Source: Yuukianura sp. NJ FZ-2021 (taxonomy: Eukaryota). From it: a stretch of 64,000 bases of DNA. The notes beneath the pieces are model-generated. The model was not told the origin of the DNA. It did no database searches and saw only the letters and a list, made by a program, of their open reading frames with translations. The stretch is from contig CM102284.1 in NCBI GenBank assembly GCA_046563655.1, forward strand, positions 4,278,001 to 4,342,000. The letters are read 5' to 3'. Made by a program: the position numbers and the translations under genes. Shown in pieces: positions 1 through 21,217 of this stretch. The first letter of the stretch is position 1, and every line of letters starts with the position of its first letter.

Positions 1-1632
1 AGAGGAGGAGTGGTGTTGACCACAACTTTTTTTTGAAATGTGACCCCGGAGAATACCCGGTTTTTTGTAAGGGTCAAAGGATTAGAGAAAAAATGGAAAA
101 GTTAGTTTTGTTTAGGTTGAATCACACTAGGCAACATAGGTTTATGTAACGTAAAAGCTACTCAAGTTAGGTTATGCTTTGTGTTGTTGATGATTTTTGT
201 TCAATAATTGTAATTTGTGTTCCTAATCCTTCTGTGATTGAAATGAATCCTCAGAGTAAACTTTTCTTTTTTAGGAAAAGGGCAGGAGAAAGCAGCGGAA
301 TGAAAGCGAAAGTGTGGTAATCATCCCTCTGATCATAATTCTCAATTTGTTGTGGCAGGGTGCTGATTTTTAGACATTCTCTCAAGGGAACAGTCCTTTT
401 TTAGCCCTCCGAAATTCAAACTGTGTGGAGGTTGCAAGGGAGTGTTGGAACATATTTTGTCATCAGGTCATGTCACAAGAGACACTCGGGCATTTATCTC
501 ACCCGGGAAATATAAAGGGACTACTCCTACTAAGGGACACACTCCGCTGACACTGAGCCTCTAAATTCAGTCACTTTACGATTGGAAAAGGAAGGGGGCC
601 CTTAATCTCCCTTCCATATGCTCCAATTCTGATGTAATCAAACAGTTTAGTCTTAGAAATTGCCAGTAATGCGATTAGGCGTTGCTTTTCCTCTGAAATC
701 AAAATTCGCTCATCACTTGTAACTTTTTGTTCAAAATTTGAGCCTTCCGTGAAACTATTTTTGAAAGTTTATATAGAATTTTTCCCGAACTTTTCCTATA
801 ATTTTTTCTTGAGATTTCCGGTGAAAGTACATTTGAACCTGCATTGATGACGCTGGTTTTATAAGTAAGCTTGGGTTAGTAGTCGGGATAGTTAGGTTAG
901 GTTTTGCTTTCTCTTGTGCATCGAAGAGAACAGAATAATTTATGATGTGAATAGATTGGTCGAACTGTTTCGTAAGCGCTTAGAATCATTAAGGAAAAGG
1001 AGTATTTATGTAACCAGGGAGGAGTGAGTGTCGTTGAGTATTTTATGGCACTGGAGCCAACTGCAGCGTCTTTTGTCAGATGTATAGGCCCAGTGAAGGG
1101 CTTCGTCTTAGCACTGACGCTGACGCTGGGGCTGTTTCTGGAAGGTTAGGTTAGTTGTTAGGGTAGTAGAAGGGAAAGGAATCATTACTTTTAGTTTGGT
1201 GGGAGAGGAAACTAATTTAGAAGAAGGAAGGGTTGAGGAGACAACTTGATCCTCCCAACACACGCGACTCACAAAACTCCCGCACTACAGCAGTCTCCGA
1301 ACTATGCTTAGAAACTCCCGGGTATTCTAGAAACTAAAATCTACCAACGACTCACAGTGCTCACTGAGGCTCTAAAACTCCTAAAACTCCCAAACACTAA
1401 ATAATAGGCAACAAAACTAGAAGAATTCCTCGGAACAAGAATTTAACAAAAAAAAAGTCTTTAAATTTTTAGTTTTTCTGACAAAGAGTGAAACTATTTT
1501 TAATTTTTAAAAATCTTCATTTGGAAATTTAGTTGCATTTCAAAATTTTAGTCCACTGTAGTCATGCTTATACTCAGACAAATTTTTTGGTTGGATTTTT
1601 GATTGATGCGAAATGGTCGAGATGTTGGTTCA

Positions 1633-8176
<6,544 letters not shown>

Positions 8177-11100
8177 GGAGGTGTGGAGCAGGCTGAACTG
8201 ACGTTGAGGTGGTGGGGCCACGTAAATTTTGGCGGTTTGAGGTCGAAAGGGAGGAATTTTTGAAGGTTGAAATTGTGTTTTTATGGTTTGGGCATTTGGA
8301 GAAAGTACGGCAGGAGCGGAAGTTGTTTTAATTTAATCCTCAGCGATCCTGGCGAATAATCTGGATTTGTCGGACTGAAGGCTGGAGAGAGCGACTGAAG
8401 CTTCTATGGTAATCTCTCCGGGCTCAGACTCCGATTTAACCTAAGTCCAGGTTCTATTCATCATCCACAAGAGGACCAGGATGTCACGCCTACTCAACGG
8501 ATCCAGCCCACCAATCCCAACCAACAGACTCCCACTTCCATCCACTCCAACCATTCACTCCCAACGTACTCAACAATCCTCACCCAGCGCTCAGAAGCTG
8601 CCAAACGAGGTTCAGGGCGCTCAGGGATCGCTCGCACAGTGTACCGCTATCTGGCGCGTCGCTTGAAGTTCACGAGAATACTATACGTTTTAATTTGACG
8701 ACTTCAAGAAATTTTAAAAGCAAAACTCATTTGATTTGAAGGGCATGAAAAAGAAAGTAAACTTTCAAAAATTTGGAAACATTAAAATATTTTGAACTCT
8801 CATAATTTTTGTGAACTTTTCCCAAAATTTGCAAAAATATTGTGTTATGTTTTGTAATTCATTAATGTAATTCGCACTTTGTTGTGATAGAGCTTGACGC
8901 CGCTCGAAAAATAACACGTATATGAACAGTTAATGTTTATCCAAAATGAAAGGTAGCGGGTTGCATAAGTAATATGCTACGATGACAGAGGTCAACGTAG
9001 TGCTAATCGCAATATATTGCGAAAAAGCTTCAAGTTTATGTGTGCCATGTTTATACAAATAAAATTTTGAAATTCGTTGAAATTATGAATTTTTTACTTA
9101 ATTTTTGTCATGAAGAGTTAAAGCAGGGAGAAGAGTTAAAGCAACGAAAATTATAATTTGCAAAATAATTTTTTCCAAATTTACAAAACTCGATTGCAGA
9201 TTCGGTTAGAATTTTTCCGTTCCAGTTTGTCGTAGACTCCGTAGATGCAGAGTGTTCCCGTGCCAAGGTCCTTGTAGCTGGTCGGAAGGGGCTGTAGAAG
9301 GTCCATGTTCCGTTTGCGTGCTTTCACCTTGTGGATGAAGTGGGATTGGTGGCTGGTGGCTCTGTGGCTGGTGGGCCGATGGAGATCTTCGTGGCTTCTT
9401 GGGTAACATCATATCATTTCCCTTATCTCACCCAAATCCTACACAAATCTCTCTAAGTACTCACCACCCAACACCAGTCAAGACGCCCTTTCACACTTCC
9501 TCAAGCCCTTAAAACCCTACTCAGCCACTCTGAGCCCTTCGGATCCCTTAGGCCCTTACGCTCTCCTTCAACCAGTAGCCCACTTACACCGGCCAATTAG
9601 TCCACAGTGTCACACGGGCAAGGGAAAGCACAGCAGGCAACCTGGCTGATTAAAACTTTAGGGCTATTAGGGGGCCTTAAGGGCTTTTTTAGGATTTACA
9701 CAAATCAGAACTTTCTCCACAAAAATATTTGAATCGCGTCACACTCAACTGGGTTCATTTTTCTATGAGTTTCGACAAAAAAAATATTTCTGCCGAATCC
9801 TCATTTCTGTATAAACATAAGCGAATTTTTTTTATTTTAAGACAAATTTTGAAAGCTGCCAAAAATATGTCATTTTTATTTGTATGTGAGATTAGTAGTT
9901 ATAAAAAATTGGAAAAGAAGAATTTTTTTTTCGAAATTTTGAAAGATTTTAGCAGGGTTATAGGGAGTTGTTTGTTATTGATCGGTGTGTATTGAGAATG
10001 GGAAGTGAATTGTGATGGTGGTTTTGGGCTGCTGGTGGGTTGCGTGGAGAAAGTGGCGGGTGATATAAATTGAGCCACGAAGTTGCAGGGGAAATGGGAG
10101 GGGAAAGTCGGTTTGAACAGAATTAAAAGCCCACCTCCTTTCCCCTGCTTCAGTTCCGTTGCTAAGCAAACATAAACCGACTCCTACTACTCCTTCCAGC
10201 AGCTACAGCACCGCGGTGGTGCTGGAACAACTTGAAATTTCTTATTCAGAACACGCAGCACCACTGGCTTCGAACGAACAGCAAAAAGAGAGGGGAAGTG
10301 CAGACAATGGAGAACGCTGGAGAAAGTTTGTCTGCTGAGCAACTTTCTCCATCATTTTCATTACTACGTGCCTTAGACAAGCTATTCCGTATTTTCCATT
10401 TTCGAAATCCATCCTTGAAATTGTTTCCAATTTTGAAATTTCAGTTTCAAAGGTCATGTTGTTTTTTTTAAAGGTCGTAGTAATGTTTGTGAAGTACTTC
10501 GTCAGTAGTGAATGGGGTGAAAAGTCATGAGAAATGGAGATTTCAACTTAAAACTTTGACAAAAACCCAATTTTACCATAACTTTTCCTTACAAGAAAAT
10601 TTGATGCATATTGTCATTTGTTTTCGATCGAGAAGTGAAAAATTGGAAAAGTTCAAAAGAAAGGAGAAAGTTTTCAAAAAGTTTGAATCCCTCAGGTTTT
10701 GCTTGATTAAACCTTTTGTTCCTAAAATTTTTTTTTGTACTTTTTTTTAACAAAAAGGGAAAGTTCTAGGAAGAAAAACCAAGTTCAGGTTGCAACTTTA
10801 CAACTTTTTCGATTAAATTAGGTTATTGTTAGGCTAACTTTTAAGTTAACGTTCTAGGCATAAGAGCGCGTTGTTTCTAGATTTTGTGGGCCCTTTGACC
10901 TTTCTCCTCATGAAATGAAGGAAGGATGGGTTTGTGTAGTAGAATATCCAATTTTCTGGCCTTTTACGTAATGATTACAAGGGAAAGCCTCTCCGCTCGC
11001 TCGCCTGCATCAACAAAAACTCCATCAAGGAATTAAGTTCACTTGGCTTCCCTTTATGTGTCTCCCGTCTCCCGATTTCCCCGAATTTTCGGAGCGAGGA

Positions 11101-14100
11101 AACAGCATTACCACTGCCACCGATGCGAACATATCGTCTTCATTCAGTCAGAGACAAAAACTCCAATTGGGTATCAAAGTGAGCTTCTTGATCTCCTCCA
11201 GCCCTAACTTTCTCAAATCCAAAATGCAACCGACTGGAAGTCCATCAGAAGAGAGGGACGGATGGGCCTAGACGAGGTCAAACTGAGATGTCATAATACG
11301 ACGACGTCCTCCAGCGACAGCTCAATTCAATTCAAACTTATCCCAAAACAACTTTTGTCCTGAACACAATCACCCGTGACAAATTTTGACACAGGGCCAG
11401 ACTTAATTGGATCCCGAAAACTTATACTTTGGACAGCATAGTCTAACCATAAACGGATGAAGTTGTCCAATTAATGCAGAGCAGTTTGCTCTTGCGTAAT
11501 AACAATTGTCGTTAAGCAAAGTATAAGAAATTGTCCAAATTGACCGCGTGTTGCTACGCTACATAAAAGTGAAAGCAGCCGTCCATTTGGTTAGGGGTAA
11601 AACTGAATAGCTAATTCTCAATTACTATTCATTCCTTTCCCTGTTCCAGCGTCATGTCTTCTTCCAGTACTTCCAGTTTAGTTCTGGAAACGGAGCAGCA
11701 GCGCTGTAGACTGCCGTTTTCGTGCTGAAAGGAGCCTCTCCAGAACGGATCGGAAATGAGCCTTGAAAAGCATTCAGAGTCATGAGTCCGTGAACAAGTT
11801 GTTCGTAATCATAATCCATATGCAACGGTTCCCATCATCAGTATCATCAGTGTCGGCATCTCTAACACAATGGAATATGATTGTCATACCATCAGCAGTA
11901 GCAATGAACACTTCAGATGCGCATCTTCACAAACGAAATTTCAAGTTTTTATAACACTTTTGACACTCTGATCAAAATTTTTGGAAAACAAGGCTCGATA
12001 AGAAATAAATTGTTTTCGAAACTCTGAAGTCAATCTTTGCTTCACAGCGCTACGTCAAACTTATACGGTGAGAGTGACTCCGTGTTCTAAATTTTTGAAT
12101 GTTTCTTTTCAACTAAAAGTTGAATTGAATTTTAGTTTTGTTGATTTAGGTTCAGACAAGAGAGGTTTGATTTTTTTTAACTAGGTGGTTTGAAATCTGT
12201 TGATTTTTGGGTGGCTGAAGCACACGAGAGGGTGTTTGATCGTCTATGTAATTAATGGTGGAGCGAACCGCCCTGATGCTGGACAATGGGACACAATGGA
12301 ACCTGTTTTGTGCTTTGTGTCTGTCCGGAGTCGGAGGGTGGTCGATTGTTATTTGAGAGAGAACAATGGGATGAGGGGCTTAGACGGGTAAATACCCGGG
12401 TCTTTTTTCAGACTGGGGCACACGCTCCCTAAATTAGAATTAGAAAAGGAGCTGGAACTGAGTAGCGGTTTAAAAGGAAACACTCCGCCCACAAATCTCA
12501 CCAGCAAAACAAACGTATTCCGAAAAAAAACTACTGGAATAACAATCAAATGAAAATTCAACACACCCCATCACATTATGGACTTTCTCCACTATTAATT
12601 CCCTGAACAAAACAATCATGCATTTAAACTTTATAACACCGAGAACCTGACTAACATTACCTAACTAACCTAACTCTGGGCTTTAAAACATATTTGGAAG
12701 CTATGCATAACCATAACTAATGTGTAAGACTAAAAAAAAACTAGTTTTCCTACATTTTACTAAATTTTTAAATTTTTATACCTTGCTAAACTTCTGTGCA
12801 ATCCAAAGAAAATTATGACAAATTTTTGGTCGCTAACACTCTGTTCATCTTTTAGTTTTGGCGAATGTTTTTCTCTGGGTTGGCATTACACTTTACAAAA
12901 GTCGTTTTTCGTAAAATCGGTATTCGTTTTGAATTGTAAATGGAAACTATTATTTAAAAAACTGTTGTTCTTTTTCCTGTGTTTTTGAAAGTAGGCGGAG
13001 ATGTAGATGGGTGTATTAAAATGACAAATTGATGACACCCATAGAAGACAATGGACCATCTGGAATGGGTGCTTTCCCATTACTTTTTGTTTAGTACTCT
13101 TCCTATCTGTGCTAATTTCCAATTCTAAAATGTACATCATGTGACAATAAAAATCATAGGGACAGATGGACATGAGGTTCTACGGTTCCAAAAGATGTCA
13201 AAATATATACAAGTTGGCGCGATTATTTTCACTAACTTATATTAACGCCTGGAGAAAGTTTTGGAAACGCCGACCTTAGATGTAAAAGTTTGCAAAAAAC
13301 AAAAATTCGTTCCTGTTGAAAATCTTGACGGCTAATTTTAGTTATAGAATTATTTGAGTATTTAAAAAGACGGTGCAAGTTCGAAAAATCTCGGGGATTG
13401 ATTAATATATAGCAGAGTATTTGGTTATAATTAAGTGTGAATATTCTCTAAAACTTCTTAACTTTAATAACATATAGTTAAACGCTAATTAATTAACGAT
13501 AAAAGTGAATTGAAAGCTGATGGTTTTAGCATGGCGTGGCGTGGTTGTGAACTTTAAACGTCAAGCCCCATCTAGTGACCAGAATTCGGTCGAAAAGTCC
13601 TCGAATGAAATAGGCACCAATTCAGAATTTAAATTTTTTGATGTTGTTTGTGTTGGTATTTTTCCTCGCTTTCTTTTTTTGGTTATCTGTCATATGTTTC
13701 ATTTTTATTATTAGTTAATATTATTGTAATTGTGTATGTTCCGGTAATTAAACTAAACCAATTGAGGTAGGTAAGCGTAAGGTCAGTTTTCATTACGTTA
13801 AGAGATAGGGAATATGTTAAGATCACCATGAACGAATATTTCATTTGTTATTTTAAAGCCATAGTTCATGTTCACACTATTAAGTGTTAAAGTGTTGAAT
13901 GTTTTCTGGGTGGGTTCACCATTCACAGAAATGCATAATTTAAACTTGGAAAGTAGGTCATATGCAAAAACGTAAATAATTCAGCGGTTTTGTTGCATAA
14001 ATCACACACAATACAATGGTATCATGATTTGGAAATTTTCGTTTTGTTTTGCTTTTTACAGTTTTCTAACAAGATTGAGCCGCGGAAAGTGAATTTGTGG

Positions 14101-14324
14101 ATTCTGGAAGACTTAAGTGATACGGCTTAACGGGTTACCTGATTAGTTAAGTTTCGAGATTACATTTACGGCTACAATCCTCGGGACTAGAGGTGAGTTG
14201 GATCCAGTCCAAACTATTGACTACTCAATCATTATTCATTACGCAGATGCGGTAGAACACAATCCTAACTAACGTTCCTGTCTGATTCACTTTCAGCTTT
14301 ATTTATTTTTATTACACGAAGACA

Positions 14325-15780
14325 ATGTCAATAGCTGATGATGCTGCTCCAATTGCTGCAGAAGTAGTGTCGAAAAGCGAGGAGATGCCGCTGTTAACGC
14401 ATGTTGTGGCGGTCGTCGCAACAGTGGCCACAATTGCCCAGATGTTTTCCGGAACGTAAGTCTTTATAGTATTTTTAAGTGTCTTTTCCATCTCTTAGGC
14501 AAAATTATTGAACATTCGAGACTTTATTACAGGTTCACTGTCCGGAAAGTTTGGAAAATGGGGACCCCAGGAGAGTTCAGTCCAGTCCCATTCCTTGCTG
14601 CAACACTGGGTAGCAGTCTGTGGTGCCTCTATGGCATTCAACTTCGTAAGTAACAGCTCCACCTCAGTGTTGGCGCCGTTCATAAACAGTCGAAATTCTA
14701 AAAGAGCGAAAAATGTAGAATTTCGTTATTACAATTTCCAGAGGATTCCGTGATCATGTAAGTTCACCAGACGCACAATTGTTGTCCGTTCCAGTTCCAG
14801 TATAAAGTTATTCTGAAGAATCGTTCCGGTAAGTTCTAGCTCATTGGATGTGATGTAGTAAATTCTACAAAGAATTCTGCTTTCGATTTGGTGCTTCCAG
14901 GATCGGACTCTGGAAGCACCAAAAAATGAAATGGAAGTCCCAACAGATATTGCGACTTTACTAACTTGAACTTGGTCAACTACAGTTGTCTACAGACGTT
15001 TCATCAAATGAGCTAGCTCGGTTGCATCGTCTCACCTTTACCACCGTATTTACGATTAACACAACATCGAATTTCTGTTCAAATCTGTTAAATTGACTCG
15101 CTTTATTTTTGAATGCAGATACACCAACATCGCTGGAATTACGTTGAACAGTCTTTATGTCCTAGTCTTTTACGTTTACACGCAGAAACGAGTAATGTCT
15201 AAATCACTTTCTTTCTAGTACTTGTAAAAAATTTTCTATACTCTCAATTCAAAACTAATCTAAACTGTTTTTGTGTTTTAGATTGTAATGAGTCGCCAAG
15301 TTTTCATCCTACTTTTTGGGATTTCCAGTGTAACATTCTACATTCGATCATTCACACAAAAAGATGCCGATGTCGCAAGGAATCATATGGGGCTAATCTG
15401 CACCATAGTTTCCCTATTTTCCTGCGCGTCTCCACTGGTGACTTTGGTACGCCCACGATACATTTCGAATTCAGTATTTGCTTGTTCTTCAAAAACGTTC
15501 TTGCATTCACGTTACTACGAATTCTGTTATGTTATTCTAGAAACAAGTTTTGAGAACGAAGTCGACGGAGTCGCTGCCATTGCCTTTAATATCTTCTGTT
15601 TTCGTCGTCTGTATCTTGTGGTGGATCTACGGAGTCCTCATCGGTGACTTCTACATGCAACTGACCAACTTCCTCGGAGGTCTAATCGCCATGGCCCAAC
15701 TCTCCCTATTCTGTATCTACCCGTCGTCATCAAGACACCATCACGACAAGACATATCAGACGCTCAAAAGTGTATCGTAA
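14325..15780 (+). CDS. SLC50A1: SWEET (MtN3/saliva, SLC50A1-like) sugar transporter. Exons 14325-14455, 14533-14646, 14742-14757, 15119-15191, 15282-15446, 15541-15780
   Basis: Spliced product has two MtN3 repeats: QMFSGT...FSPVPFL...LWCLYG...TNIAG and ASPLVTLKQVLRTKSTESLPLPL...LWWIYG...D...TNFLG...QLSLFCIYP. All phases are consistent. Confidence 0.93.
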
Positions 15781-18700
15781 GCAGCAAGTCTAAGTTCAGC
15801 TGAAACGGAATCTGCAAAATGGTATTTTAAATTTTTTAAAATTATTTCCTAAAGTATATTTTCGCTCATGCGGTAATTTAAATATGGTGTGGGCAACCAA
15901 AACTTTTACGGGACTGACTTGACTTGGTAGATCTATTTGGTTGACCAAAGCTGAGCCTTTGTAAATCCTGACAAACACAATCTTGGTGCAATTTTAAAAA
16001 CTGACGTTTTCGAAATTTAGGTTTTAGACGATACAAAAAGTAATTATTTTTTAAATGTGTTATGTGAAGAAATGGTTTCTTGCCATTCCTGGATATTTCT
16101 CGGTGTTAAAAGTAATTTATTGGAAATCATTTGGCTAAATTATTTTTGACCAATAAATGATTCGCAAACACGTCGACGAAGTCACAGTATTGACATTACC
16201 GAGCTGAATTTCAACTGAAATTGTTTTTCTGTAAATACTGGAAAACCATTGCATTGCAATGAAAATACATTAGAAACGGAAGGAAAGGGTGTTACACTCT
16301 CTTGCAGAAAGATTTGGCATGGAATGAATGAGGCTTTGTATTTGTTTGTCTAATGACTTGTTTTTCAACTGTTTTCAGTTTCATGATTTCCTTCCAAGGA
16401 TTTCCGAAATTTTCGAAAATATATCTGAAATCAATGTTTACCAAATTCTGGCTCCGTGTATCTTCGCTGCATTCGAGTTTAAGGATGACATTGCGTTCTC
16501 AGAATTCTAGACTCTGCTTTGAACATTTTTGTTTGAACAGGATGACTATGTGTTGTTCCAAAATTGTTCAACACATTAGAAATCAAGTCGCGAACAATGC
16601 TACAGGTTACATAATGCTGCCAGGATCACCAATCACCATGATGATTGTTTGACCCTTGGGTCAAATTGTCAATGCGTCACTTTCTGATGTGGATCTCTCA
16701 GAAGATCGGCATCTTTGTTTCGCTATAAGAAGTTTATGGACAGACAGATGACGCATGTTGAAGAGATTCAACAAAGGATTGGTCTACTGTCATTTACGAA
16801 TTATTCTGTTTTTCTTGTATCTTCACTTTGTTTACAAAATTTAAAAAGTTTTGGGAAAGTTTGGTACGATGATGCGCTCGTGGATGTTTGTCATCTTGAA
16901 GATTGGAGAGGATGATGAAGGGGAAGGGGGCACTTAAACTTTTGATTGTTTTAGGATGAAGTACACCTTGCAGACGCTTAAGGAAGCATCTGCTGGGCCC
17001 TTATGTTAATTAAACCGAACAGCTTCAGGGAAATGCAGAGGTTACAAGGTCCTGGCGTGTACTGCTGCAACCTGTCTGTTCCATTTACTGTTCCTTAGTG
17101 CAGAGGACTTAAGGGCCTCCACCGTTTCCGCAGGTTACACATTTTTTGAAACAAGCGTAAATTAACATAATACGGTTCATGATGCATGCAATTGTTCTGT
17201 TTTTCTTTGTCTAGAGACTAGGGCGAGTAGGGAAGTTGCGTAAACTCATTTTACGTTTGGGTCAATTTCCACTTTCCAAGAATTCTTCCGTGTCACAATT
17301 TTCAAAAAACGCCTGCAGGACTCATCTCTCAAGGTTCCTCGGAAAGTCATTTCTTTGTTTCAAAATTTCTTGAGTCAGCAGCCGCGTTACCTTTGTTTCT
17401 GAAAATTTAAGAAGTACAAGGTGTACTAAACGGAATGCTTTGTAAGGACAGGTGCTGGAAGTGTGCCAGACGCAGTATTTCTTCGAAATTGTGTTAAAAT
17501 TTTGTTTAAAAATTTTGACGCTACACGCCTACTTTTTAAGTGTGTTTTGCTTAAAAGCACGGGTTTTCATTGGGGATTTTGAAATTTCAGAAGTTTTGTA
17601 AAAACGCGTTTTACAAACTTCCTGTTTCAGGCCGTGTAGCAGTTGATAATGGCTAATGGTGAAAGTACTAAAAGTAATTTTTTCAGGTTTTGAAAATTTC
17701 CGTTTTGTTCAACTTCCTGTAACGTCCATTAGTCATTGGCCTTTTAAGAGTGCAAATTCTGTTAATTTTGGGTTTGTTGTCAATCATAACGTTTTTATCA
17801 TAAAATCAGAACATAAATAAGTGTAACTCTCAGAGATTTGAAAATTGGCTGAGAACTGACGTTTTGGGATTCTCCCATGATTTTCTACTATTGTAGAGTG
17901 TATCGCCCTAGTTAAATGAGCTTCATCATTTAACTACGGAAATTTTCTAAATTGAAAACAGAAAAAACATGGAACCTTTTAGCGTTTTGAGTTGTTCAAA
18001 CAATGGGTGTGAACCAATTGTTACACTGTACGCGATTGTTTTGGGTGATAAGTCACTTAACTAGTGATGAGAAGTAACAAAATGTATTTGACCTTTTGAC
18101 CTTTATAAAGAGTTGGTACAGTTTAAGCATAATAAAGAGACTTTTTAAAAGCACTTTCCAGAACAATTTCACGGTTCCGTGAGAACCATTTGATTTTTCA
18201 TAACGAGACAGACATAGACAGAGACTCGTTTTTACGTTGGCGTAAGTCTGAATTCAATTGTTTAATTTAACTTGTACACTTTTTGCACATGGGACCAGGG
18301 TGTGTTTACCTTGCCAAATTCAAGGTTAGCAAGACAAAGGTGGTTGGTCTGAGGAATACTAAGGACAAAGCTGACTTGGCGGGAGTTAGTGAAGCGACGA
18401 CGTAGAAAATCGTATACTTTGCTTCAGGGAAGAAAAAAAGAAGTTTAGACAAAGAACTGCTCGTACGATTTTTGGCAGATTTTTTATATCAGTATGTTAG
18501 TATGGTACGGGTGAGGGACGCTTCGTGCGAATTTTCCAGTTTGCGAATTAGTATAAAGATTTTGCAAACTTGAAGACTTCGCGTCTCTGCTTTTGCTTTG
18601 CTTTTTAGTAAGAAACGGAAACCAGATTTAAGATTAGCGTCATCTTCAATTTCTCCTTTGTCTTCCATGTACTAACGAAAATTCACGTTTATCATTCCTT

Positions 18701-21076
18701 TGTCTTTCATGTGAACATTATGAACTTGAATCATCTAAAATTTCCGAAATCCTACCACTTCCTCTAACTTATAAAAATGTGCTGTCTGTTTTTTTCTTAC
18801 TCCAGTGCATACATGTGCATGCCAAATTTTGCAAAACTGCAGATTCGTACATGAAATGTTGCAAAAGTGTACATCGAAAGTTACGTAAACTGTAACAGTT
18901 TTGCTTTTGTTTAAGTTTAGTCTTTCTCGTTTTTAACCCAAATTTTAAATCGATTCGAACAGTTTATTGGTTTAAGCAGATCCCAAATTTGGTTATTTTT
19001 GGCAAAACCGGGGCTATTTTATTCAAGGTCAAAATTGGAAAATCCGCTTCGACGTTATACTTTTTCTTTTGGCGCCAGAAGATTCGTCAGATTCAAAGAA
19101 TTTGACGGGTTTCCTTATAGTCGCCTAATAGTTTTGGCTCAATAACGATTCGATGAGCATTTGAGATCAGAAAATGTAATTTGATTTAACTTTGCAATTC
19201 CAAATGAATGTTTATGAATTATGTGAACTACATTGCCGTGACCTTGTTTTTTCCACGTATTGTATGAAACGCTTCTTTTTTTCTTATTACTCGTAATGAG
19301 AAAAATGCTCGTAAAATTTAGCAATAATATCGATAACGATTTTCATGATTCATGACAATTTTACAAAGACGAGAACTGTTAACTCTGATGGTGGTTTTCC
19401 ACGCTAAGGAAAACTCAAGGCGGTACTGGGTATTGCAAGGTCAAAGGTCAAATGCGTAAAGTCATTCGGGTTTAAGATGAAACCATTTTGGAAAGTTAAA
19501 AAAATGCAACTCTCAACTTTCTCATGACTATCGAAGTACTTTTTGAGTCATCTTCTATGTTAAGATGCAATTTGAAAGCATCATTTTTGTTTTGATGTAC
19601 CCGAAGGCGTCTTCCGCTTGTTGAAGTTGAGCCAATTGTTTTCTGTATGTCGGAGAATGAATTAAGTAATTGTGATGTTTGCTTTTACTTTGAACCTAAC
19701 TAATCGTAATCACTAATCCTTGTTATTGTTAACTTGTAGCCAAAATGAACGATTTTGCGTGTCAATAATGTCAGAGACAACAAACAACACTTTTGGTATA
19801 GCATTAACTATTGTGATTGTTTAAAACGACTAGAAGTACTTGAAATATTGAGCAATTTTGAGTGGCTATTGAATATAACATGGCTAGACAATTCCATTAG
19901 CACAACGATTAGAGTAGGTCTGCTGGAATTAGCCAGTAAACGAATTTCCCATGACTTTTTTTGTGTAATTTAACACGGTTTTAATCGATGAAAATCGAAA
20001 TTTAATCCTAAAATGTACAAATCGGCAGAGTTTGCTAAAAATCCGTGAAATTTTTATTGAATTTTAACTCCAGTAAAAATTGCACTTTTACTGTAGTTTT
20101 CTGTTAAATTCGAATATTTACATTGTATCAAAGATTGACGTTTCCTGACCTATGACCTACGTCAACTGCTTTGTTTTTAATAACTCATCTAATCGTAAGT
20201 AGGACACGGAAGGAATGACAAGATTTGAAAAAAGAATCAATTTTCCCTTTCCGGGTTTTGTCATCCTTGTATCTTCTCCAGTTGTTTACAATTACAATGT
20301 AAAAATGTCCCTGTTGATTCCGTAATCTCTTCCTAGTTTTTCCCCTTGCCCTGAGATAACTTAAGTTCCCAGATACTAAATATTAGTATACAGTAGAGAC
20401 CATTCTTTCATTTGGAATAGTGATCTTTGACCTCTTGTCATCTGTTGACTCCTCCCTTCCAACTGCTATAAGTAATATTTCACTAGTTCCAGAAGATGTT
20501 CCAATTTATCACTCATATGATTTATGTGTCCAGTACTATTGGTTACATCAAGCAACATTAACTACTAATGTACAAGTTTTTTGCAACGCGTGTGGTTCAA
20601 TGAGAAAGTTGATTTCTTAGTTTTTGCACATTTACACGTGTACGATTTAATTTCAGTTACAACTTCTACCTAAACGCAATGAAAACTTACGTTTACTGCT
20701 AAACTATTATGGATTTGAGCTAAATATTTACATTTGACACGCGCATTTAAGTTGAGTAACGACTTTGGCAAAAATTCCAAGCTATTTTCATATAACCTTT
20801 GTTCAGTTCGAAAATACATTTTAATGCTTCGAATCAAAATTTCAAATTTGGAATTACGTATACTCTTTGGGATTTTTGTTTTAAGCAATTTTTTGGATTC
20901 TTTCCTTTACATAATTTGTAAATTCAGTGCGAATTTACTGGAAACCGTTTTAAGAAGGAATAAGACATGGCAACGGTGGGTCTCGTTTTGCCTCAAATTA
21001 ATTAACTTTCAGGCCTTATAAGTCCTCACAGGAATGACGTAGAAATTTGTACAATACCTCTAAAAATTCGTTGATA

Positions 21077-21217
21077 CATGGGGAAGAATTATCAGGGGTC
21101 AGAATTTGATATTTTGCTGCTAAACAATGCAAAAAATACGATACAAAGTCCAATTTTGTCTAAGTATTGTATGACACCAAAATTTGGGAAATTGGTCCCT
21201 GATCATTGTCCGCCATG
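21077..21217. mobile_element. Degenerate palindromic MITE-like element (~140 bp)
   Basis: Left end CATGGGGAAGAATTATCAGGG matches the reverse complement of the right end (CATGGCGGACAATGATCAGGG) at 17/21, with weaker symmetry further in. No recognisable TSD. Confidence 0.5.

Noticed and set aside
9112..9143. 14-bp direct repeat (similar 15-bp repeat near 49177-49211)
   Set aside because: Two copies only; simple local duplication, not a CRISPR or other array.
11040..11960. GC-balanced, exon-like sequence between Pitx and SWEET
   Set aside because: The frames I translated close quickly and no consistent spliced protein emerged; a lncRNA is not excluded.
16300..16920. Series of short ORFs suggesting a polycistronic smORF gene (pri/mlpt type)
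   Set aside because: No LDPTGxY motif and no similarity between the ORFs.
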